DNA of 61,445 bases, counting the filler, from Basidiobolus meristosporus CBS 931.73 (lineage: Eukaryota > Fungi > Basidiobolomycota), in assembly GCA_002104905.1 (NCBI GenBank). It is 4 parts of 4 records of this genome, joined end to end, with 100 filler letters (N's around TTAATTAATTAA, not from the genome) between each part and the next. Parts side by side here need not be neighbours in the genome. Positions count along the whole stretch, not along the records: positions 42,663 to 53,450 come from MCFE01001297.1; positions 53,551 to 61,445 come from MCFE01001345.1; 2 more parts are not named here. One strand, 5' to 3'. The position numbers were made by a program, and so were the translations under genes. This document shows, in pieces, positions 49,708-61,379 of this stretch (the first letter of the stretch is position 1; every line of letters begins with the position of its first letter). The notes beneath the pieces were generated by a model, which worked only from the letters and a program-made list of their open reading frames with translations, did not search any database and was not told the origin of the DNA.

Positions 49708-50987
49708 AAGAGGTGCTTTTTGACACAAGCCAAAACTTTAAAAAGCTTCCATATACATCTTGCTACTCTGGTAGCTCTACAGACTACCATATACTCTGCC
49801 TCTGTGGTAGAAAGTGCTATGGTTGGTTGCTTTCTTGACTTCCATGAAATTGTTCCTTTACAGCAAAGAGAGGTGTATCCTGTGATGGATCTTCTGTCTC
49901 CTGAGCTATATCCCCAACTAGCATCATAGTAGCCCACAAGGTGTTGTTCTGAATCCTTAAAGGTAGACCTTAAACAGATATCAGCAGCTTCTTTTAGGTA
50001 TTTAAAAATCAGATCAACTGCTGCAATATGATCAGATCTATAGTTCTGATTAGGCTAGCTGACAACTACCACTGAATATGAGATGTCTGAACAAGCTCCA
50101 AGCATGATATACATCTGACTGCTGATTTTCATTTTACATGGAAAGTCAGGGCTTTCAGATATCACCTAGCTTTCTAGACTTGGGTGAGTCTTGACCAAGT
50201 AGAGATTTGTATCCATTGGGGTGGCTGCCAGTTTGAAGTCTTACATTTGGTACTTCTTCAGCATATCTTGAGTTTAAATGGATTTGCTTAGGGTGATAGT
50301 CTGGGTACTTCTATCTATGGAAATCTTTATCCTCAAGTAGCTGCTGATTCTCCTAGATTGGAAATTTTTGGAGTGAAAAAATCTTACTGTTTTGCTCTAG
50401 TCTAATCCCAAATATTGGAGGACCTGAGACCAGACTTACATCATGTTCTGATGTCATTTGTTGTGAATATCTTATACTTTCATAAAAAAACAAGTCCCTG
50501 GACTTAATTAGCTTCCTTGCTTTTATATTTAAGAGTATGTATGCCTTACTTGCATTGCATTAGCCCAAAAATATGCTTTTCCTTTTTTTGGCTTGGTTTT
50601 GACTAATTGTTGGGCTGTTTCTTAGCATATGCTGTATATGTTGTAAAAATTCGTATTTTCCACCTAAATATTCACCTAACTTAGTCACTTAGATCATCAC
50701 CTTCAAATCCTAGAGAATACTGACCAAATTCCTTGTCGGGATTTACTTAGAATATTTTCACCAAAATACCAGGTACCCAGAACATGAAAATTCTCAAAGT
50801 TGTCCAAACAGCCCCAAACTTTGCACACATGTTCTTGGGACCTTCCTTAACCTATTCTATGTGTTTGTAATGCCAAGACCATGTAAAAGTATAAATACTA
50901 CTTTTACATTCAATAAATCATTAAGTGAAACCACATAATCTACTTGTTCTCCAAATCACTTCCAATATCTCCAAGACTCTTACAACA

Positions 50988-50999
50988 GGTTATGAGCCC
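50988..50999 (+). promoter_or_regulatory. Copia PBS complementary to the anticodon arm of initiator tRNA-Met (half-tRNA primer type)
   Basis: GGTTATGAGCCC directly after the LTR = complement of GGGCUCAUAACC. Confidence 0.85.
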
Positions 51000-51018
51000 C
51001 GAGCTGTCACTCTCTGCA

Positions 51019-53450
51019 ATGTCTACTACTGCTATTACTGGAATTTTTCCCTCTGCTGAAAAGTTGGATGGATCTAACTACCAAGTGTGGAAGGTGAAGA
51101 TGAAGATGCTGCTACAAGAAAGAGGCCTTTGGGATATTGTCATGGGAGAAGAATGCCCTCCTAAAAACGTGGGAGAGGAAGCCTTAAAGTACCAGAAGAA
51201 AGAACAAAGTGCCTTTAACTGCATTTGCCTTAATGTCAAGGACAAATTGCTAATTCAATGCTCAAGAGCAAAAACGGCAAAGAATGCCTGGAAGGCATTA
51301 GAAGACACCTACCAGTCATGTTCAGCTGCCAAGAAAATGTATCTGAGAAGAAAATTCTTTACTACAAAGATGCTGCCAGGAGAAGAAATGAAAAATCTAA
51401 TTAACAGAATTACCCTGCTGGTAGATGAGATGGAATCTGTGGGCGTACCAACTACTGATGAGGATGTGATAGTTACCATCCTGAATAGCCTGACAGACAA
51501 GTTTCAGGGCCTTGTATCAGCCCTAGAGTCCAGAACTGAAGATTTGACCTTAAATTACGTATATGGAAGGCTCCTGGATGAAGAATTAAGAAAATCAAGC
51601 GCCAATAAGAAGGAAGAAGAAAATGCTTTAATAAGCAATGATAACCAACAAAGGAGGTACCCAAGACCCTACAAAGGCAACAGCAACCTATTTTGCAACT
51701 ACTGCAAAAGGAAAGGACACACATCAGACCGGTGTTTCAAAAAGAGAGATTATCAGCAAAAGAAGCCTGAATATGGAAATGCTGCAACAACTGAAGATAG
51801 ACTATTCATATCTGCACTAAATATGACCACAAACAAGGATTCTCAGACGTGGTATATTGACTCTGGAGCTTCTCAACACTTTACACACCAAAAAGAACTT
51901 TTTACCCAATATCAAGAAATTCCAATTGAGAAGGTTTTCATGGGTGACAATAGAACACTTGATGCAGTGGGAGAAGGAACTATCCAAGTAAACCTTAGAA
52001 GCAGTGAAGGAAGCCATACACTGACCTTTAAAGAAGTACTCTATGTACCAGAAATAGCCAAGAACCTACTCTCTGTAAGCAAGGCCACAGCAGAAGGACT
52101 CAGTTTCAGTTTTGACAATTCTGGATGCAGGATCACTGATCAAAATGGTGCTCATATTGCTTCGGGCATCAGAGATCAGAATCTATACAAGTTGACTTAT
52201 ATTCCATCATATCTGGAAGCCAATATAAGTAACTTAAATGAAGAAACACCAATGCTTTGGCACAGGAGATTTGGACACATCAATTTTGATTATTTGCGTA
52301 AAATGATCAAAGATCAGCTAATTTCTGGAGTGAAAATTGATCCCCCAGCTATTTTGGAGCACTGTGAAGCCTGCATATATGGGAAACAAGCCAGACAACC
52401 GTTCAAGAGCTCTGGGTTAATCAAAACTAAGAAAAAATTAGATCTAATTCACTCAGATCTGTGTGGACCTATGCAAAATTTATCCTTAGGCGGGATGAAG
52501 TATTTAATCACTTTTATTGATGATTATACAAGATACACATGGGTCTACTTCATGGAGAGAAAGGAAGAAGCTCTGTCTAAGCTCAGGGAGCTTAAAGCCA
52601 TGGTGGAGAGAGAAACTGGTGAAAAAATCAAGAAAATACACTCTGACAATGGTGGAGAATATACCTCAAAACTCTTCATCCACTTCTGCAAAATTCATGG
52701 GATAAAGCAAGAGACTACTGTACCATACTCCCCACAGCAAAATGGAGTAGCAGAACGAGCTAACAGATCAATAATTGATATGGCAAGATCTATGATCCAT
52801 GATCAAAAATTATCCTATGATTTTTGGGCGGAATCAGTTGCCACTGCTGTATACCTTAAAAATAGGAGTTATAACAGAATACTTTGTGATTCTACTCCAT
52901 TTGAAGCATGGTATGGATACAGACCAAGTGCAGAACATCTAAGAATATTTGGGTGTACAGCATATGCCAAAAAACTGGCCGGAAATCAGTCAAAATTTGA
53001 GCCAAAAAGTGTAAAATGCATATTTTTGGGCTACTGCAATGAGAGTAAGGCATACAGACTCTACAATACCGAAGCAAAGAAGCTTATCAAGTCCAGGGAT
53101 GTGTTGTTTGATGAAAATTCAAAATTTTCACAAAAAATGACATCAGATGATGACGAAAATTTGATCTCAAGTCCACCAATTGTCAGGATTGAATCAGAGC
53201 AAAACAATGAAAATTTTTTCACTCCAGGGGACTCTACAACCATGGTTCAGCCAGAATCAGTGCCCAGGAATATCCCAGAAGTGATCATTCCAGTATCAAA
53301 TGCCCGGAGATCCAATCGGACAAGAAATAGCCCAAATTACTATATCAATGAGGGTACAAACTTAGCCTATGCCTATTCAGTCCATGTTGATGAACCCCAG
53401 ACTGTAAAAGAGGCCCTAAATAGCCCTCAGACAAAGTTTTGGAGATCTGC
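51019..53450 (+). CDS. Copia polyprotein, partial (Gag, CCHC, protease, GAG-pre-integrase, integrase)
   Basis: EKLDGSNYQVWK; CNYCKRKGHTSDRC; WYIDSGASQH; LWHRRFGH..CEAC; IHSDLCGP/FIDDYTR/SDNGGEY/QNGVAER; first ATG after the PBS at 51019. Confidence 0.95.
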
Positions 53451-53550
53451 NNNNNNNNNNNNNNNNNNNNNNNNNNNNNNNNNNNNNNNNNNNNTTAATT
53501 AATTAANNNNNNNNNNNNNNNNNNNNNNNNNNNNNNNNNNNNNNNNNNNN
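53451..53550. other. Artificial contig linker
   Basis: 44 N + TTAATTAATTAA + 44 N. Confidence 0.97.
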
Positions 53551-53649
53551 CAGTGTCCTAATAGCATCAATACTTCCTAGTTATGGGATTTTGAATTTTG
53601 TGGTCACCTATTGGTGGGATCATGACAACTTTTTTATAGGGTAATGTAG

Positions 53650-54246
53650 TGGATCAATTTCAGGGAATTCAAGAAAGCAATCAACTGTAGCACTTTCCAC
53701 CACATAGGCAGAGTATTTGACAGCCTGTGCAGCTACAAAAGCAGCAATGTGGCTAATAAAGCTTTTTAAAGACTCAGGCCTATGTCAAAAGCCCCCACTA
53801 CAATATCTCAAGATGATCAAGGATGTAGACAATTAGGTAGAAAACTAATTTTTCATGCTAGAACTAGGCAGATAGATATTGTACATCATTTCATATGTGA
53901 AGCCATAGAGAATAGCGTAGTTAACTAAGTTTACTGTCCTACAGATGAAATGATTGCAGACATATTAACCAAGCCATTGGCTAGAGACAAATTTGAATAT
54001 CACAAATTTCAATTAGAGCTAGCTGATATTAATATCTAGTTGAGTGGGAGTATTGAAAATTTTGTAATTACACCTAAATATTAGCCCAACTTAGCCACTT
54101 GGATCATAGTCTACAAATCTTAGAGAATTCTGCCAAATTCCTTGTTGGGATGTACTTGGAATATATTCACCAAAACACCAGGTACCCAGAATATGCAATA
54201 TCTCAAAGTTGTCCAAACAGCCCCAAACTTTGCACACATGTTCCTA
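53650..54246 (+). mobile_element. Copia RNase H relic and truncated 3' LTR
   Basis: AAGCAATCAACTGTAGCACTTTCCACC region, purine tract GAGTGGGAG, LTR sequence stops at ~54246. Confidence 0.85.
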
Positions 54247-55066
54247 ATCACGAAATCAATGTATTTTTCTTGAGTTAATTTTCGAAGAAATTCACCAATT
54301 CTGTGAAATAGTGAAAATGCCAAAGTTACTGCCCAAACAACACTAAGCGTTATGTACAATTTAGTGGGACCATAAATAGCATAATTGTAATCCATGAGGG
54401 AAATAAACACAACCATTGTCTCCCCACCAAGTACTGAGCCCCGTGTTAGTAAAAGTAGAACATCCCTGGCTTTAACTATTCAAAGAGGTTTGATGGAGCA
54501 TCATTACACCACCGCTATTTTCATACCACTTGTTCCAGATGATTGTTTGGCACTCTCTGCTGCCCTGCAGATAGTGGATCATTTCTAATAAATCTAATAG
54601 ATAGGACTAACATTGATAACAGTTGGAAATAATTGGCCTATGCCTGACTAGCGTGGAAACACCGTACTGGCGCGTTTGTATGTTTACCGATTCCTTTTCA
54701 TATGACAGCTTGATATTGGTGGTTGGGGAGAGCACTTGATCTTCACTTTGTTGCAACGAGGCCGAATTATTGGTGCGTGATGTGTGTGATTGTGATCAGG
54801 ATGCATGGATCGTATTATGGAATGGCATCTTCAGCTATTCGTAAGTGAAGACCCTTGAAACAGCATTGCTTCGGAAGTTGTGAATGTTTCATGCGTTTAG
54901 GAACCCTGCTTTGACATGCGCACCTAAAACGTCCAAGAACGTATCAGTTACACCTTTCAATGCTATAAAAGTTGTGCATTGTTCAGGGTGTCAAGTATCT
55001 ACCTTGACTAGATCCATCCTTTCGTGGTCCCTTTACTGGATTTATATTCTTCTTGGCTCTGCAATC

Positions 55067-56503
55067 ATGTTTCTCGAGGGAAAAGCTCTGTATCTGATTA
55101 TGACTGGCGCAGTGGCGCTTGTCTCTCAAGACATTTATGTTAATGCTGCACCAAGAGATATGAAAACCGTTAAGGCAAAGGGACCATCGACCTACGGTAC
55201 CCCAAGCAAGTTGTACCATGTTGGTAAGCCCGTCATAAAGAAAGTCACCAGTGTACCTAAAGGTAATGATGATGATGATGATGACGATTCGGATGACGAT
55301 TCGGAAGATAAAGGCTCAAAAAATAAGTACGCTACTTCAATGTCAAAGCAAATCTCGTATGCCAAGTCCTCCCGCCCTTCCAAGCCGCACGTCACCAAGC
55401 CAAAGTCATCTGTCACTAAGCCAAGGCCCAAGCCACATGTGACCAAGCCAAAGCCATCTATCATTAAGCCAAGACCCAAGCCATATGTGACTAAGTCAAA
55501 GCCATCTATCACTAAACCAAGGCCCAAGCCACATGTCATTAAGCCAAAGCCTAAACCGCATGTTACTAAGCCAAAGCCTAAGCCATATGTTCCCGAACCT
55601 GAGCCATATAAGCCCGAGCCCAAGCCATATGTTCCTGAGCCTAAGCCCGAACCCAAGCCATATGTTCCTGAGCCTAAGCCTGAGCCCAAGCCCTATGTTC
55701 CCGAACCTGAGCCATACAAGCCCGAGCCTAAGCCATATGTTCCTGAGCCTAAGCCCGAACCCAAGCCATATGTTCCCGAGCCTAAGCCTGAGCCCAAGCC
55801 ATATGTTCCCGAGCCTAAGCCTGAGCCCAAGCCATATGTTCCCGAGCCTAAGCCTGAGCCCAAGCCATATGTTCCCGAGCCTAAGCCTGAGCCCAAGCCA
55901 TATGTTCCCGAGCCTAAGCCTGAGCCCAAACCATATGTTCCCGAACCTGAGCCATATAAGCCCGAGCCCAAGCCATACAAGCCCGAGCCCAAGCCATATG
56001 TTCCCGAGCCTAAGCCTGAGCCCAAGCCCTATGTTCCCGAACCTGAGCCATACAAGCCCGAGCCCAAGCCTGAGCCCAAGCCATATGTTCCCGAGCCTAA
56101 GCCTGAGCCCAAACCATATGTTCCTGAGCCTAAGCCATATGTTCCCGAACCTGAGCCATACAAGCCCGAGCCTAAGCCCGAGCCCAAGCCATATGTTCCC
56201 GAGCCTGAGCCATATCTACCCGACCTGCCAAAGCCAGACTTCAAACCGTATGATCTGGATAATGGATGGAACTCTGACTACGGTCTCGATTCAAAAATCG
56301 ACGGGTACGGCTTCAAACCCGACCTTGCGGACGACTACGGGAATGGGAATGGTAACGGGAACGGGAACGGTATAGGTATCGGTACCGGAGGCTTCGATGG
56401 TAGCAACTACGGAATTGGTGGGTACGGTGGAGATAGCTATGGCTCCAGCGGGCTCAACGATGATCCTTACAACAACGACCTCGGTAGATATAGATGGGAT
56501 TAG
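55067..56503 (+). CDS. Predicted secreted Pro/Glu/Lys/Tyr-rich repeat protein (478 aa), extensin- or cell-wall-protein-like
   Basis: ATG 55067 gives signal-peptide-like MFLEGKALYLIMTGAVALVSQDIYVNA; poly-Asp tract; KP(K/R)PHVT repeats; 33-bp YVPEPKPEPKP repeats with synonymous variation; Gly/Asn/Asp/Tyr tail. Confidence 0.85.
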   Translation: MFLEGKALYLIMTGAVALVSQDIYVNAAPRDMKTVKAKGPSTYGTPSKLYHVGKPVIKKVTSVPKGNDDDDDDDSDDDSEDKGSKNKYATSMSKQISYAKSSRPSKPHVTKPKSSVTKPRPKPHVTKPKPSIIKPRPKPYVTKSKPSITKPRPKPHVIKPKPKPHVTKPKPKPYVPEPEPYKPEPKPYVPEPKPEPKPYVPEPKPEPKPYVPEPEPYKPEPKPYVPEPKPEPKPYVPEPKPEPKPYVPEPKPEPKPYVPEPKPEPKPYVPEPKPEPKPYVPEPKPEPKPYVPEPEPYKPEPKPYKPEPKPYVPEPKPEPKPYVPEPEPYKPEPKPEPKPYVPEPKPEPKPYVPEPKPYVPEPEPYKPEPKPEPKPYVPEPEPYLPDLPKPDFKPYDLDNGWNSDYGLDSKIDGYGFKPDLADDYGNGNGNGNGNGIGIGTGGFDGSNYGIGGYGGDSYGSSGLNDDPYNNDLGRYRWD

Positions 56504-56899
56504 CTAGAAATCAACCATGTATCCACTGAAGTTGCACCCAAAGGACGTTTAAGTTAAGCCTGATGTCGGGATTTTCCACTTGCACCGAAAGGATGAATGA
56601 ATAAAATGGTCAGGTAGTTTGAAAAGAAACGAAAGAAGTTGCGGGAACCTCACGTGGATGATCACCCAGGTGTCAAACCTAGTTTATCTTCGTTCAGTCC
56701 ACAAGCAGAGGGATGAGGAGAACGGGGGGAATAGACGAGGGGACGCAAGACTGTGTCTGGATTTAGCCGGGAAGCCAAGAAAACAATGTAACGGTCGAGA
56801 TGGCCAGAATGGTGAGCATCGGTGTCGCGGATGGTGTAGTGAAAGGTGTAGCCCAATTATGGCAATAAGGGATTTATTTAAAGTACCTTAACTAATACA

Positions 56900-57466
56900 C
56901 TAGGATTTTTTGGGATGGCAATTCCCTTCTGGATCGATCGTGACACAGACCGGCGGTGGCTTGGTTGAACATTCCCCATCTGCATCCCGGTAGGGGCATG
57001 GTGTTTTGACACAATTTCCATCGTGATCCAGGTGACCTCCTGGACAACCTTTCACACTTGCACGTCGTACCTTCTTCCTGGAAGATTTCCGAAGGCCTCG
57101 TGTGGCTAAGGACCGTTTGAACAGCCGTGGCCGATAACTCGAGCTGCTCAGATAGTCCCTGGCCCAGCTCGGTTCACCGTATTGCCCCTGGGAGAGGGAA
57201 GGTGCCCAACCCCCTTGGTAATAGCGGTTGGAATACTGGTGACCCGACCATCCGCCCCAAGGACCTCTGAACCTGGTGATCGTCACTTGCTCATACATCG
57301 GGGTTCTCATCCGTGAAACAATGGGTCTTGACCAGATAGAGGCTCTGTTGCGGTAAAGATCGTCCTCCGCAGACCCAAGGATTTTCTCGTCCAGCGCTTC
57401 CCCCCGAACAGACGAGCCCAAGGCAAGGAACACGCCGACGACCCCTAGTGCTGAGATTACACGCAT
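56900..57466 (-). CDS. Predicted secreted 188-aa protein with dibasic sites and a six-Cys C-terminal triple repeat
   Basis: MRVISALGVVGVFLALGSSVRG signal-like start; LFKR and RKKVRR sites; C..D.(D/E)G(N/E)C motif three times. Confidence 0.75.
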   Translation of the reverse strand: MRVISALGVVGVFLALGSSVRGEALDEKILGSAEDDLYRNRASIWSRPIVSRMRTPMYEQVTITRFRGPWGGWSGHQYSNRYYQGGWAPSLSQGQYGEPSWARDYLSSSSYRPRLFKRSLATRGLRKSSRKKVRRASVKGCPGGHLDHDGNCVKTPCPYRDADGECSTKPPPVCVTIDPEGNCHPKKS

Positions 57467-60400
57467 GACGACAAAGCAGCTCACTTCCACTGCAGAAAAT
57501 AGGTTATATAGTTCACCATGTCACGGCATGAAACCCGTCCAAAAGCAGAACCAAACTTGAAATGATCATCTTGGTTTCAAGTAAGATTTCTCAATGGATC
57601 CGGTGGAATCATCAAACAGCCATGAAACAGGTTTTTCATGCGATGTAGATTCAAATGGAAATTAGGGTCAATGCCGATGGGGCCGCTGTGATTGGCCACG
57701 CTTAGTTGGACTGGGTGGGTGAATCAGTACATTGGTGGAGAGCTGGTACGGAAATAAGCATAATGGCGCCCAGCGGGGATACAGCTATACCTGGAGATTT
57801 TTATTCAGACAGCGGACGAAGGGTTGGGATGAAATAGGGTTCCTTCAGGGAGAAGCATTACGTAAATGCGAATAATTCACTGACCGGAGCCAAGCACTTC
57901 ACCTAAAGAAAACCAATAGTAATTCTAGTCTCTTCTTTAAAGGTAGTTGGGTAGTGAGACCGGTAAATTGCTGTGCTGAGGGCAGATTTCTCACCTTACA
58001 AGAGACTAGCCTGTCCAACTTCTCATAAGGAGAGGTCACCAACAATAGTGGTCGAGAATCTATGCTACCACTCACAGGGTTGCAGAACATTTCCCGATCC
58101 AGCTCCCGAAGACAATAAAGAAGTGCCTAGACCATCCAGGTGGTTATCTGTTAGGTAGCCACCAGCGAAAAGTAAACTGAAGAGTGGGGGCAAAGAACCA
58201 TGTCAGTATTGGGGTCGTAGAGAGGTCTATGAGAATGGCTCAATAACCGTGAAATCAAGGAAATCGTGTTGCCTCTACGGAACGAGTCCAAGTGTGGTCT
58301 ATCCCACCTTGCAGCAAGCATCAAATCATCTGGGGTTCTGTAGGGATACAGGGCACACTTGATGAATCATCGATAGAATTATATCGCACCTACATCTGAC
58401 GTCTCCCAATACCTGACCTATGCAGGCGATCATGTCATTGATTACTTGACGCTATATGACCATCACGCCTTAGATTTACAAAAGAAATCACCTGGGAAGA
58501 CGGTACGGCAATGCAGGTAAACTCCCAAAGGAATATGTGCATCCTCCAGCTGGGTGGTTGCTCGCAAAGGAAAATATCCATCAAGTCCAAAAAAAGGCAT
58601 TACCCTCAACCATCTCTACTACTAGCCAGCCGAATGAATCTAGGCCGTGTATGAAAAAATCAGGAACATATCCATATATCCCACATCATCTTTCCAGAGC
58701 TCCTGTGTTTCAAAAATGAAGACAAAGCCACAGATCCCAGCTTTGCTCAGAAAACATGTGTGTGTGTGTATGTGTGTAGTTTCATTTATTCCTAGCCATC
58801 CGTTCGATATAATACGCATTCCTGACTCCACTCAAAGTCCCCGGTGCAACGGGTGATGAGATTTCCGGTTCACCTATGTAGCCTCTAGCGGAAAATCCCC
58901 AGGACGACATTCCAGTCTATGCCAGACCAAAGAAGAGATGCGATAACGAGAAGGTCACCAATCAGCTGGAGATATATCAATGAATCAAAAGGGTCACTCG
59001 ATACAATTTACCTCGGTGCTATTCGTCCCCTGTGTGTATAATTCAACCAGCTGATGTCATAGGAATCAAACCTTATAATTTTCACAAATACGGGATTTTT
59101 TTTGCCCGACCACCTTGGCTTGGTAGGAATGAACCTTTAGCCATTACTTGTTTGGCCAGCTGCCAGCTACCAGCTACGAGGTACCAGCTACATGCCCTTA
59201 AACCAGTAATACATTGTGGAAGACAACACTATACTTGGGGGAGGAGGATCTTGGCTCCACTGATTAGACAACACGTAACCTAGCGTCCAGTAGCCATCCA
59301 ACCCGTAAAATGATCGCTCATATGACTAGGATTGACTGGGTTCAATTATCACTGATGCCTCTGCTGTAGTGTTGCTGTATAGGCTGGATTGATGTAACAT
59401 GAATCACGGAAGTGATGTTACATGAATCACTACAAATCAAGTCAGTCCATGTATCCAAGCGGACATCCAGAGGAGCTTAGCTGAAGTCTGGGCCAAAAGG
59501 ATGAGGTGCATGACATCCGCCACCAAGCCAACATCTTCTCCCTACAAATCGAATCTCCTCGCCGAGTAACCGTCGAAACAGTTTAGATCTGGATTTCCAC
59601 CAACCATCTGACCCATACATTTTAAGCACACCGGATACGATTACAACTCGGGCGAGGATGGAGGATCACAGCGTGTGGTGAGCAAGCTGCCCACTTGATC
59701 GATAACGTGTTACGGTTACTCAGATTGCTTTGTTTGTCGTTTACCATGATATTACTCGGTATTCAACTCAAATGTCGCGGTGTAACCGTGGGCAAGAGTA
59801 CCTCCCAATTCTGCCATCGCAAGCGGGCGAAGGCTGGGTCAGAGAGGAAGAGGATAGAAATTTTCTTTGTTTTTCTTTGACTTCGCCATGTCCACCAAAT
59901 CAACCACTTCCCTCAACATTCCCAGATTGGCCGGTGGAATTCGATGGGCATTTCCTTATTGGGCTAGATACCTCAACGATCGACCTCCATCGATTGGCCA
60001 TTCGCAAGACAATATACGTCCACAGCTTAACTCCAATATGTTTATCACCTGCGCCCCTGGTCAAGACCTGGTGGGGAAAAAGACACTCGTCAAGGGAGAA
60101 CGGAAGACACAAGACACATCAATCTAACTGTATCCATCATGCGGTTCTAGATGATTATTACCATCTTCCAAATTTATCAGCATTGCAATCGAGATGGAAA
60201 AAGAATCGTGCACATGCCCCATCTGTATTTTTCGATATTTCCCATAAACAACCAGAGTAGTCACAAGCGCAGCCCTCCTGTGAAAAAGAAAAGAGCCTCT
60301 ACAATTTACCCGGGGGGCCGTGGATGTGCAGGAGGGAGTCCTCATGCGGGTGGTTGCCTTGTGGTGGTTAATCAAGTGGAGTTCGCTCCTGCACACGGCC

Positions 60401-60881
60401 CTGTTGAAACATCGTTTGGGCGAAAGCCACCGGGCGCTTTAATTTGCCTACAGGCCGACAAGACCAGTCTCAACCAAACAAGACGATGGGTTCAGAGGCT
60501 AGGCGTTCATTGGCCACGGAGGTGACTTTTCGATGATTTATTGCGATCATGTTATGGTTGCTGCTGAGGTCGAACGATTTCTATTACTATTACAAGTATA
60601 CTAGGATTTATACATCAACTTCTCTCTTGAAGATTAGTTGGGGGGTTGAGGGTTGAGTCAAGGGCAATCTAAAACATAGATTACAATGGTACAAGATCAG
60701 CTTCAGCGGTGATATAGGATTCCGGCTCAATCAAGTTGAGGGTAGTACAGGTTACACGGCATAGAGTCTGACCATCCGTTGGGCTTCTGCTTCATACATG
60801 ACAAATGCATATCCATGGATTGCTCCGTGAAGCAAGGGTAACCATTGAGTATGGAACTACGGCATGATGCTTGGCTGTGAC

Positions 60882-61379
60882 TCAGCGGCAGATACCCACT
60901 GCTTGGGAATAGTAGGAACCATTCATCAGGTCTACATCCGGCGAAGGTGGTGCGCTGTAGGCAAACAGGTCCATCTCGTTGGTGTAGAGCTCTGGAGCGT
61001 CGTACAGATACTCATCCTCCACATCCATGTCGTGATATGGGAAACTATCTTGCAATGCGAAGGACTCGTACTGATTCAGGTACTGCTCCAGGCAGTTGAG
61101 CCACTCGATGTACTCCAGCTCAGAGACAAAGAGGTTGAAGTCTAAAGAGGCCAGAAACTCCACCTCAACCATATTGATGTGCGCCAAGGGGAGTTTAGAT
61201 ATCACAGCCCAGGATTGGTTCGAGTAGGTGTTGTCGTCTTGGAACTTGTGGGCCAGCATCAAGGCAACCACCAGAATGGCGTATTCTGTGTCAGGACCAT
61301 TGACCTTTGTAGGGCAGTTGGCCTTTAGCCGCTGGATATACTCCAGAGCGACTAGAATTGCGGATGGGGAGATATTCAT
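60882..61379 (-). CDS. PHO80/Pcl-family cyclin, partial (N-terminus probably beyond the window or frameshifted)
   Basis: SPSAILVALEYIQRL..LVVALMLAHKFQDDNTYSNQSWAVIS..INMVEVEFLASLDFNL matches the PHO80-like cyclin box. Confidence 0.88.
   Translation of the reverse strand: MNISPSAILVALEYIQRLKANCPTKVNGPDTEYAILVVALMLAHKFQDDNTYSNQSWAVISKLPLAHINMVEVEFLASLDFNLFVSELEYIEWLNCLEQYLNQYESFALQDSFPYHDMDVEDEYLYDAPELYTNEMDLFAYSAPPSPDVDLMNGSYYSQAVGICR

Larger units (their letters stand above)
46925..50638 (-). mobile_element. Old Copia 3' half (post-integrase, RT, RNase H, 3' LTR 46925-47980) carrying three MITEs and cut by the young Copia
   Basis: GYYDASWG..DRRSITGY..WKSRKQPTIALSTTEAEY (ORF 49677..49937); LTR ends TGTTGTAGG / GTACAACA. 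Confidence 0.88.
50639..53450 (+). mobile_element. Young Ty1/Copia element, 5' part; runs into the contig end before RT
   Basis: 5' LTR 50639-50987 (TGTTGTAA...TTACAACA), PBS, open gag-pol. Confidence 0.95.

Noticed and set aside
50944-51018. ORF-track start of the Copia polyprotein
   Set aside because: Lies in the LTR and PBS; the first ATG after the PBS is 51019
53451-54246. Treating the Copia pieces on both sides of the third gap as one element
   Set aside because: The join is artificial, and the right piece is decayed with an LTR visibly diverged from 50639-50987
54884-55066. 61-aa N-terminal extension of the PEPK protein
   Set aside because: The ATG at 55067 gives a better signal peptide; the upstream part looks like an open 5' UTR
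55192-56375. GSGLGSGTYGL-repeat (minus) and LSPSHMFPS-repeat (plus) ORFs
   Set aside because: Alternative frames of the PEPK repeat; third-position variation fits the PEPK frame, which also has the signal peptide
58756-58777. Short (GT)n run
   Set aside because: Ordinary microsatellite
57500-60700. Several 60-176 aa ORFs (e.g. 59730..60260, 60151..60525)
   Set aside because: No recognisable domain, signal peptide or convincing exon structure; a spliced gene cannot be excluded without RNA data
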